Under the pieces are notes generated by a model. That model had not been told where the DNA came from and did not search any database. It worked only from the letters and a program-made list of their open reading frames with translations. Positions 16,601 to 22,557 of a stretch of DNA of 64,000 bases are shown in pieces. Each line of letters begins with the position of its first letter. The first letter of the stretch is position 1. Both the position numbers and the translations under genes were made by a program. This stretch comes from an uncultured Erythrobacter sp. (GTDB lineage: Bacteria; Pseudomonadota; Alphaproteobacteria; Sphingomonadales; Sphingomonadaceae), in NCBI RefSeq assembly GCF_947492365.1, contig NZ_CANLMB010000001.1, forward strand, positions 1,476,874-1,540,873, given 5' to 3'.

Positions 16601-18891
16601 ATCGCGCTACCGTCGCCTGCACCGCCAGTGCCCCCGAAACCGTCGGAATATGCTCCAACATCTCCGCCGACCGTAATGCTGGCGCTGACATTGGCTGTCC
16701 CGTTAGCTTGTAGCGAGGAGTTGCCGCCTTCACCCAAGCCGCCATCGCCGCCAAATCCAATGCTAGCATTGCCGCCAAAGCCGGTAGAATCGATGTCTGC
16801 CAGTCCGGTGATGTCGAGAGTTCCGGAAACGACCTGAATACCTGCGATTCCGCCAAAGCCGCTACCGCCGCCAATTCCGTTACCGCCACGACCGGTAGCC
16901 GAACTGAAGAAATCGCCGCCGACCAGAAGGTTGCCGCCATTGGGAACAAAGCCGCGCGCGGCACCGCCCAAGCCGTCTCCGCCACGACCTCCGAAATTAT
17001 TGCCGCCAATGGCGCGGGCTTCGAGGATCAGGGCGTCCTCGATATCGATAGTCTCGCTGCCACCGATAAAGACTTCTGCACTACCTGAATCCGCAATTGC
17101 ACCATTGCCATTTGGATTGTTGGACGCGCCGGCAAATGCGAGCGAGTACAGCTCCGCAACGCCGTTAATGTCGATCGTTCCTCCGTCTAGAGCCTGGAGG
17201 ATCGCGGCCCCACCAAATACATTGACCCCGCTGGATATGCCCAAAGTGTCCATCGAAGCAGAACTAGCGCCAGCCGACAAAAGGATGCTGCCATTGGTCG
17301 TCAAAAGACCATTATTGTTTGCAAAAACCTGCGCTGTGCCACCCGTCACATCGCCGCCGCTTAGCAGATCGCCCGAACGTTCTTGCGCTGCATCTGCAGT
17401 GACAAAGGAATCGCCGTTGATCGTGAGTGTACCGCCCCCTGCTGCAATCGTTGCAATGCCGCCCGTCGCGGTGCCGGAAGCAAGGACGCCCAGGTCAGCA
17501 CCGGCAAATGCATCGGCAGTAACAACGACTGTGCCATTGATCGTCATCGTTCCGTCAAAGGCGTCGATAAAGGCATCCCCGCCCTGCGCATTGATCGCGT
17601 TGGGGTCGTTCAAAGACACGCCGGTCTCGCCAAAGTCGCGCGCCGAAACCAGCACGTCTCCGTTGATGGTGAAGTCGAAGCCGCCAGCCGAGGTTAGCTC
17701 GGCAAAATTGCGACCGACCATCAGCAGATTGCCGTCTATCGAGCTGTCGCCGATAAAGCTGCTGACCTGAACCTCTTCATTCGCGATAGCGAGCACACTG
17801 CTGGTCGATGTAAAGCCTTCGAGGAAAATGCTTCCGGGCGTGTTGGTGAGCTGGGTGTTGCCGTCGAATACTGCGTTGACACCATCACTAATCGACCCGC
17901 CATCAACGTCGCGCCCGCTTACTGCGTAATTGGCCGAAAGGATGATCTCGCCATTCACGATCCCAGCGCTCGCCGCCGGATCAAAGCCGAGATTACCACG
18001 GAAAATCATCGCGATAGGATCGTTCTGTGCTGCTGCAACCGCATAGATCATGTGGTTGTCGCCTGCGCCCGTGCTCGACGGACCCCCAATGTCCCCATCG
18101 AGGATTACTGGCGTTGTAGCGGACGTGCCGACCGGAATCTGGATGTCGAACAGACCGTTGCTGACAGTCACATTGACTTGCTCACCCGCGACATAGGCGT
18201 GACTGCCATTGATATCGGCCGTCCCGAACATCTGCACTTCGAGGCTGATGACCGCGAAATAGGAATTTTCGGCCGTGGCGGTGAACTGCGCGCCGGGCTG
18301 GATGATAATGTTCTGGCCTGCGGGGTCGATCGCGGTAAGCTGGAGCTGGCCTCCATTGAGCGCAAAATCATCAAAGCTGGCGAGATCCGGCTCGAGCGTT
18401 GTCAGAATCAAATTCCCGACATCGAACACCGCATTGTCGCCGACGAAAATCCCTGATGGAGAATAAAATGCGACCGTGCCGCCGCGACTAACCGCGCCGG
18501 TTCCAGGATCGACAAGCTGCGAAATCAGCGTCCCGTCGAAAACCGTCACACTGTCATTTGCAGAAGGAAGGACGATGTTCAGGACCGCAAAATCGGCGTT
18601 GTTGACGCCATTCTGGAACGTCACCGCATTGAATTGGGGCAAGAAATCGAGCGCATTGCCCGCGCCGTCCTCATCCGGAGTCCATTGGATCACCGCAGTG
18701 TCGGTCTGCACCACAATGGTCTCTGTGCCCGTGCCGGTGAATACCCGATTGGCTGAGCCTGACGTGACACTCTCGGTCGCCTGAATGGCCTGCGCGCTCG
18801 CCCGTTCGGGAGCCATTGCCAGTCCCGTTGCCATGGCGGCAGCGCCGCAACCAAGCAGCAGTTTGGCGCGGTTCCTGTTCAACTGAGCCAT
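10696..18891 (-). CDS. Giant (2,731 aa) glycine-rich two-partner-secretion exoprotein (TpsA; filamentous-haemagglutinin N-terminal domain protein)
   Basis: It has an extended signal peptide and a TPS domain: VLNIVLPSANDSVTVFDGTLIS...VAFYSPSGIFVGDNAVFDVGNLILTT, a variant of the NPNGI-type motif. About 2,000 aa of GGxGGxG-type beta-helix-like repeats follow. The C-terminus is non-repetitive, acidic and Pro-rich. Confidence 0.9.
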   Translation of the reverse strand: MAQLNRNRAKLLLGCGAAAMATGLAMAPERASAQAIQATESVTSGSANRVFTGTGTETIVVQTDTAVIQWTPDEDGAGNALDFLPQFNAVTFQNGVNNADFAVLNIVLPSANDSVTVFDGTLISQLVDPGTGAVSRGGTVAFYSPSGIFVGDNAVFDVGNLILTTLEPDLASFDDFALNGGQLQLTAIDPAGQNIIIQPGAQFTATAENSYFAVISLEVQMFGTADINGSHAYVAGEQVNVTVSNGLFDIQIPVGTSATTPVILDGDIGGPSSTGAGDNHMIYAVAAAQNDPIAMIFRGNLGFDPAASAGIVNGEIILSANYAVSGRDVDGGSISDGVNAVFDGNTQLTNTPGSIFLEGFTSTSSVLAIANEEVQVSSFIGDSSIDGNLLMVGRNFAELTSAGGFDFTINGDVLVSARDFGETGVSLNDPNAINAQGGDAFIDAFDGTMTINGTVVVTADAFAGADLGVLASGTATGGIATIAAGGGTLTINGDSFVTADAAQERSGDLLSGGDVTGGTAQVFANNNGLLTTNGSILLSAGASSASMDTLGISSGVNVFGGAAILQALDGGTIDINGVAELYSLAFAGASNNPNGNGAIADSGSAEVFIGGSETIDIEDALILEARAIGGNNFGGRGGDGLGGAARGFVPNGGNLLVGGDFFSSATGRGGNGIGGGSGFGGIAGIQVVSGTLDITGLADIDSTGFGGNASIGFGGDGGLGEGGNSSLQANGTANVSASITVGGDVGAYSDGFGGTGGAGDGSAIEAGRGGDAIGGQNVANQAASGFSSGTFLLSDRDNATYSVGGTVFASSNGVGGQGGAGGTDQDGGDGGDGSGGFVQVGHATLSGTTTIGDGNGTADFGDIDIFSDGVGGNGGAGNGTDAIAGNGGIGQGGGSFFSAIEGDVTAGNVDLSSEGAGGDGHVGGNGSGGLVSLLALDQGLMAIGGVLGSAAGNGGDGDLGGEGIGGQAMLTVTDAQVTVTNNLSLDAGAFGGNGAIDVGGAATGGLAEIVISGPNASVDVGGNVPLSAGVFAGFSSSASDGAVGTAGEAHLLIENGGSMTIGTDLFISTLAIGGGNGGSGAGGLANGGTSTIDIQANSTLIVGDEVEVEADGFGGDGQGGGDGLGGIASARVLDGTFSAGGNVLLRADGIGGTLLSLGAVGVGGAGDGGIAEISIEGSAGTFDAVVDVSLLARGTAGDSNSGADAASATGGSALVMIENTGTMSVGRDLFADTNATAGDNDGTGAGGVAIGGGSTIDVQGNSSLGVGRDLLIDAEGTGGDGTGGGDAFGGFAGIRVGAGQIDITGRARANAGGFGGDSIGIGGDGGTGHGGRATIVAAGTQTETGMIAIGGDAQTRANGRGGSGGDGDGANILAGRGGDGIGGDELDVNAFNDGEFNGASIIAGGDNGSLSVGGFALILTQGAGGVGGAGGAGQDGGDGGDGTGGSSTVGLTLIGTDGSVGAGVATFGDILLTADGTGGNGGLGGGTGTLRGDGGTGTSGLAAIFVDTGSLSGGNIRATANAIGGSGENGGEATNDARNRNSTFFKAVMDTVNGGTIQATGAQLISQGVGGNADGSAGGRAIGGAAFIDVTDGTIDIDGDVILDTSGFGGSSSGGDGGDGFGGRSDLSAFRSNISGDATVSGNAAVIANGVGGASGIGGSGGFGQGGLSTIEAHNGSTITLGSAQVTSSGQGGVGDAAGGDGFGGSTFVRSRDQGSQVRIQLNTPQAFSDALNRGAIISSNGFGGDTTGGSGIGGSALGGDIEINVSDGGDITLPPDPANDPNSQIGNGIQASAFGGGSSVDGGVGGTAQGGFVTISADNASIDLGQVIISSFANGGSSLNSNLDISGGDAIGGERLMNLTNGGDVEGEFIGGSSGANGGDGSGTGNGGNATAGGEFYDIIDSTLTTFGNSLFTTSSSGGDGGINGNGGNVTSGFIEWNVTNSVINILTNANGEAFIQIGEQVFGGNGVGSGGDASSSTADIQFSNSTISSLAYTSQPVGVDGTLTIFSEATGGDALGDSTTAGEGVSGGIQFGFSGGAADLFGVNSLRGSAQGGNGVGGTGGTATGGDVFATFVNSDLTILAANSSPGTMTLHSDATGGNGGESIGDSLAGSASFSGIGGTFAFDELLLTANAASGTTATGVSGGNAEAGSTFVEFSDTVNVDIFTVSLFSDAVSSIDGLTSGGTADVLIGSTDVVGAPQVNIDELNLSASGSGANDDSGVPNVSGEFSVVAQQGQLAVNDLNGFALGDRTASSSADGSSVRAIGGDILISGNMTIDVLDDFTVETSQGRIVGGPDQLDPTAIVDVQSQAIINILGDDDNHVGFGGAVLNLTSNDIVIANGARIGAPIVNLVSINADDPAVLGGVGTPDSDATGEGYSAIAEELQRIDVTDFTFTQDALPGAGSNDPDIIIRDTVIAGSLDDGVSSVTINATGSGGIIRVDGLVQWNDAAETDQLSLLAGGRIEVVTPGGLFVLNPNGDPGGNIFLGSDNIWIADSDLIALLQDDSLFSGRDDQLRVAASGSDDPLGFVRASGVSVEAGVSFLVRNTGTETAQGGILVGDGGLSIFAPDSATNAESGLDVFAYGARIDGQGNLITGEDFFGEVNFNNDGSSTSTFYSGTSEFNDCLINTGVCPDNGGSGGGPDPVTPEPENSEVSLPINNPNIIEDPITSVAPVPLTEAEADTEFGIDFPGLMVEPEDEEEGTIDDPVSSGGDSSLYGPGATGSVRVEGN
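14287..15255 (-). repeat. Internal protein-level repeat block 2 of the TpsA gene (aa ~1213-1535)
   Basis: Second copy of the 609-aa-offset duplication. It is immediately preceded by a further ~164-aa sub-repeat (AHLLIENGGSMTIG at aa 1049 versus ALVMIENTGTMSVG at aa 1213). DNA identity is only patchy, for example a shared ccgccatcgccgcc. Confidence 0.75.
16114..17082 (-). repeat. Internal protein-level repeat block 1 of the TpsA gene (aa ~604-926)
   Basis: Paralogous to aa ~1213-1535 at a constant offset of 609 aa. Anchor pairs: GSGFGGIAGIQVVSGTLDITG / GDAFGGFAGIRVGAGQIDITG, AGRGGDAIGG / AGRGGDGIGG, and GGTDQDGGDGGDGSGG / GGAGQDGGDGGDGTGG. Confidence 0.75.
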
Positions 18892-18892
18892 C

Positions 18893-20839
18893 TTAATATC
18901 TCCAAGGGAAAAGTCGGGCGGTCAAAGAGACCATGAAGCGCACATCACCGCGCGATTGCGCCAAGTCAGGGCGTTCGAGCGGGACGGCGACAAAAGCGTC
19001 ACCTTGCAGGCGTGACCCCCAGACGGCGCGCAGTCCGCCACCGGCAGACCAGAGCCTGTCCGGATTGAGCGGCTGGCGGCTGGGGTCTTCGTTCCATGCC
19101 CAGGCCATGTCGGTGAAGACATAGGGCTGCACCGCAAGGTCATCGGCAGCATTGGGAGCCAGCGATCCGTAGCGCAGTTCTAGCGCGGTGCTTACACCGC
19201 TATCGCCCAGAACTGCGCCGGGATCGTAACCGCGACCAATCGAAAAACTGCCAGCAGCAAATTCCTCATAAGCTGGCAAAGGATCGCCGCTGATCTGGCC
19301 GCTTGATGACAGTACAAAGGTGATTTTCGGAACGGGGCGATATTCTATCCCCGCATCATAGCGCAGCAAGAGCGGCGTCGGATCAGCCTCGATCCGGCTG
19401 GTCTGGTTGCCATCGAAAAAGCATTGCGCTGCATTGACGCGGCAATCGGGGCTGGCTGAAAGGACGTCAAAGCCCTGCCGCACTTCGAGAGCATAACGCG
19501 CGCGGAACTTCGGCTCGAACGGAGTGTATCCGCCAATGCGCTGGACGCTTTGCTGGTCGGTCATCTCGCCCGAGAAGCGCGCAAACAGTGTGCGCACTCG
19601 GTCGCGCGAGATCATCACATCGTTGATCTCGACATCCTGATTGACGACATCAAAGCCGACATCGAGAAACTTGCTCGAGCGGCGCGTGCGTTGCAGCGGG
19701 TAGGACGCGAAGCCAGTGAAGACAGTGGTTTCGGATTCAAGATCGAACCCCGCAACACCCAGCTGCGGGTTCGTCTCACTATAGGTGAACTGGCCGCCCA
19801 GCCGCAGCCCTTCCCCGCCAACGGCAAAGTCATGCCCGATCTGGAGCGTGCGTTGCTCGCTGAATTCAAGCGTACTGAAAAGCGCAACCGAAGTGCGGTC
19901 GCCTAGCCCCGTGACATCGTAAATTTCACCGCGCAGCAACCCGCCGAAACGGCCAATCGCTTTCGACCCGAAATTCTGGACATTGAGGTCGATCACCCCG
20001 CGCTTGCGCACCACCGCGATTTCGCCGAGCAGGTCGCCCGGCTCTCCGCCAGCCGCCGGTCGCAGCGACAGGCGCACATTGACGCCCGGCAGATCATCGG
20101 CGAGCAGCAGGTAGCGTTCGGCATCGCGGGTGTTGAACACGGGCTGCTCGGTCAGTTTTTCCAGATAGGCCGCAACCAGCCCCTCTGACGGCCCGGCTTC
20201 GCCGCGAACTCGCAAGCCCGTTAGCCGCCCGAAAACGACGCCAAAATCGGCAACGCCATCGCTCAGATTTTGCTCGGGGATTTCAACCGTGGCCAGATAA
20301 CCTTGTCCGCGCAGGATCGAATTGGCCCGCGCGCGGATGTCGCACAAAACCGCCAAAGGCACTTCGCGCCCAAGATAGCCGTCATATGCAGCTGCGAGCG
20401 AAAGCCCCGGCACCCGTTCCAGCCCGGCAAACTCGACGCCGCTCAGCGTCAGGCTGATCTCGGAATATTCGGCCCGGTCAAGCACGCATGGCGCGCGCTC
20501 CATATCGCCGTCGATCGTCAATGTGACGCTGCGATCCTCGCGGCGCTCCATTTCAGGCGGTGTGAGCTGGGTCCGTGGCGGCGGGGTGACCTGCGGAGCA
20601 GCCTGAGCGAAAGCCGCCCCTGTCGGCACAACCGCGGAGGCACCCAACACAAGGGCGCCCGCAGCAAATGCTGATCGTGCAACACTAGCACCGCGACGTC
20701 CGTGCTCAACACGGCGCAACTTAATAGAATTTGTAGACAAGCCTGCCCCCCAATTTCGTCTTGCAACCGCTCTTGCGCTTACAAGTCCCTGCCCGACCCG
20801 GAGAGATTCTCGAAAAAGGTGCAGCGTGGATTTTTCCAC
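18893..20839 (-). CDS. ShlB/FhaC/HecB-type outer-membrane TpsB transporter (POTRA domains plus beta-barrel)
   Basis: Signal peptide ...AAGALVLGASAVVPTGAAFAQA, then a POTRA-like region and a long beta-barrel ending in aromatic residues (RLFPWRY). The stop is 1 nt before the TpsA ATG. The start is uncertain: GTG at 20839 or TTG at 20719. The TTG would give a normal-length signal peptide. Confidence 0.85.
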   Translation of the reverse strand: MEKSTLHLFRESLRVGQGLVSARAVARRNWGAGLSTNSIKLRRVEHGRRGASVARSAFAAGALVLGASAVVPTGAAFAQAAPQVTPPPRTQLTPPEMERREDRSVTLTIDGDMERAPCVLDRAEYSEISLTLSGVEFAGLERVPGLSLAAAYDGYLGREVPLAVLCDIRARANSILRGQGYLATVEIPEQNLSDGVADFGVVFGRLTGLRVRGEAGPSEGLVAAYLEKLTEQPVFNTRDAERYLLLADDLPGVNVRLSLRPAAGGEPGDLLGEIAVVRKRGVIDLNVQNFGSKAIGRFGGLLRGEIYDVTGLGDRTSVALFSTLEFSEQRTLQIGHDFAVGGEGLRLGGQFTYSETNPQLGVAGFDLESETTVFTGFASYPLQRTRRSSKFLDVGFDVVNQDVEINDVMISRDRVRTLFARFSGEMTDQQSVQRIGGYTPFEPKFRARYALEVRQGFDVLSASPDCRVNAAQCFFDGNQTSRIEADPTPLLLRYDAGIEYRPVPKITFVLSSSGQISGDPLPAYEEFAAGSFSIGRGYDPGAVLGDSGVSTALELRYGSLAPNAADDLAVQPYVFTDMAWAWNEDPSRQPLNPDRLWSAGGGLRAVWGSRLQGDAFVAVPLERPDLAQSRGDVRFMVSLTARLFPWRY

Positions 20840-20941
20840 TTTGTGCCCTTGATCGGGCGACCCAATTTACGTTGAGCTCTGGAATACTCCGATCAGGAGT
20901 GAAAACAAGTGCGGGCATGGAAAATGACGGCCTGAACGCGT

Positions 20942-20964
20942 AACTTGTCGCGTTTCCACAAGTT
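20942..20964. promoter_or_regulatory. 7-bp inverted repeat AACTTGT-N9-ACAAGTT in the tpsB/STAS divergent control region
   Basis: Direct reading. The same ACAAGT hexamer also occurs at 20781-20786 and 20905-20910. Confidence 0.3.
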
Positions 20965-21200
20965 TTGGCGCGCAAGGCCCTCCGGAGAAGGTGCCCGTTA
21001 ACTCCATGCTAACGCTGTTCATGGGTTCGACTAGGGAAAAATTCATATTCTCCTGCTTGGCTCAAATTCAGGTCGCCGAAAACGCAGGAGTTAGCGTGCA
21101 GCACATCGCAGAAATCTCGCCAGTGCTTGGCGTGTTGGACCGGGTTCGCCCCCCAGCCTTCATATTTGGCAATCGCGATAAGTCGCGCTATGCCAAGCGA

Positions 21201-21545
21201 ATGTCGGGAAGTGCATTGAACTGGACTAGCGAGAATCGCGCCGGAGCTACTGTGCTTTGCCCGAGCGGCCGAGTTGATGAATCGACCGCAGATGCGTTCA
21301 AGGAAAACTTGCTCGACGCGATGGCAGCAAAGCCGGAAACGGCGATTATCGATCTTGATGGCGTCGAATATATGTCTTCACGCGGGCTGCGCGCGCTCAC
21401 CCTTGCGCAGCGCGCCGGGCAAGAGGCGGGGACCACGATTGTCCTAGCCCGCCCGAACGATACAATGCGCGAAATACTTGCAATCAGCCGTTATGATATG
21501 GTCTTTCGTGTTGCCGATACGATAGAGGATGCGATCGGGCATTAG
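21201..21545 (+). CDS. STAS-domain protein (anti-sigma-factor antagonist-like, SpoIIAA/RsbV type)
   Basis: Start taken at the ATG at 21201 (114 aa, a typical STAS size). It carries the motif IDLDGVEYMSSRGLRAL, which retains the conserved phosphorylatable Ser context. Confidence 0.8.
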   Translation: MSGSALNWTSENRAGATVLCPSGRVDESTADAFKENLLDAMAAKPETAIIDLDGVEYMSSRGLRALTLAQRAGQEAGTTIVLARPNDTMREILAISRYDMVFRVADTIEDAIGH

Positions 21546-21563
21546 TTTGCATTAGGGGGGAAT

Positions 21564-22529
21564 ATGCAGGTCCGGTTTTGGGGAACGCGCGGCTCGCTGC
21601 CGGTTGCGCCGCACGCCTCGACAATCACCGACAAGGTTGCAGACGCCCTGCTTCATGCCAATGGGAAGAGCTTTGCCGATAAGCAGGCAGCGCTAGATTT
21701 CGCGCGCGACGAGCTCGATTTTGCGGTTGGGCAAGGATATGGCGGCGCGACGAGCTGTGTCGAGATCGATGCGGGCAAAGGCGCTTTCGTTGTTTGCGAC
21801 ATGGGTTCGGGCCTGCGCGAATTCGGCCTCGATACGCTGCGGCGGCTGTCCGAAGGCTTGCGCCCCAAGGAATGGCACTTCTTCCTCTCGCACCTGCATT
21901 GGGACCACATCATGGGTTTCCCTTTCTTCGTGCCAGCTTTTGTTGATGGGGCGAAGGTGATCATCCATGCTGGACATAGCGACGCCGAAGAGGCTCTGCG
22001 CCGCCAGCAGGAAGAGATCAGCTTTCCGGTGCCGTTCCATTGGCTCAAGGCAGATATCGAGTTTCGCACTCTGGAAACGGGGCGTGACTACGAGATCGGC
22101 GAGCTGACCGTGGCCTTGATCGAGCAGGAGCATAGCCACAAAAGTTACGGCTATCGGTTCCGCGATGCCAAAGGGCGCACTGCAATCTATTCAACTGACG
22201 CCGAATACAAGATCGACAAGATGGACGAAGAGACCGCGATGATCGACTTCATTGCGGGTGCTGATCTGGTCATTGCCGACACGATGTATTCGCTCGCCGA
22301 TAGCGTTTCGATGAAGGAAGACTGGGGCCACTCGTCGAACATTGTCGCGGTTGATCTGTGTCACGAGGCTGGCGCGAAACGGCTGGCGCTGTTCCATCAC
22401 GAGCCGACCTATAGCGATGCCGATATCCAGCGGATGCACGGCGAAACGATCCGCTATGAAGAGCTGACCCGCAGCGCTGCCGCGCTCGAGGTGCTGTGCT
22501 CCTATGACGGGCTCTGTGTCGAAGTCTGA
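21564..22529 (+). CDS. MBL-fold metallo-hydrolase
   Basis: 321 aa with the HxHxDH motif in FLSHLHWDHIMGFPFF, plus later His/Asp ligand contexts (QEHSHKS, ADTMY, FHHEP). Substrate cannot be assigned from sequence. Confidence 0.8.
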   Translation: MQVRFWGTRGSLPVAPHASTITDKVADALLHANGKSFADKQAALDFARDELDFAVGQGYGGATSCVEIDAGKGAFVVCDMGSGLREFGLDTLRRLSEGLRPKEWHFFLSHLHWDHIMGFPFFVPAFVDGAKVIIHAGHSDAEEALRRQQEEISFPVPFHWLKADIEFRTLETGRDYEIGELTVALIEQEHSHKSYGYRFRDAKGRTAIYSTDAEYKIDKMDEETAMIDFIAGADLVIADTMYSLADSVSMKEDWGHSSNIVAVDLCHEAGAKRLALFHHEPTYSDADIQRMHGETIRYEELTRSAAALEVLCSYDGLCVEV

Positions 22530-22557
22530 GGACATCGCACAGGAGGCAGGCACGCGG

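Noticed and set aside
10781-18784. Many long plus-strand ORFs inside the giant gene (for example 13859..14593, 15110..15610, 16931..17770, 12311..12799) encode proline/serine-rich proteins.
   Set aside because: They are antisense shadows of the Gly-rich minus-strand frame: GGN Gly codons read as NCC Pro/Ser/Ala codons on the other strand. The minus-strand ORF is continuous for 8.2 kb and has a bona fide TPS domain.
10696-18891. Interpretation of the TpsA as a contact-dependent inhibition (CdiA) toxin or an RTX toxin.
   Set aside because: I found no VENN or other pre-toxin boundary, no variable toxin-like C-terminus and no small immunity ORF downstream. The Gly repeats do not follow the GGxGxDxUx nonapeptide register of RTX proteins.
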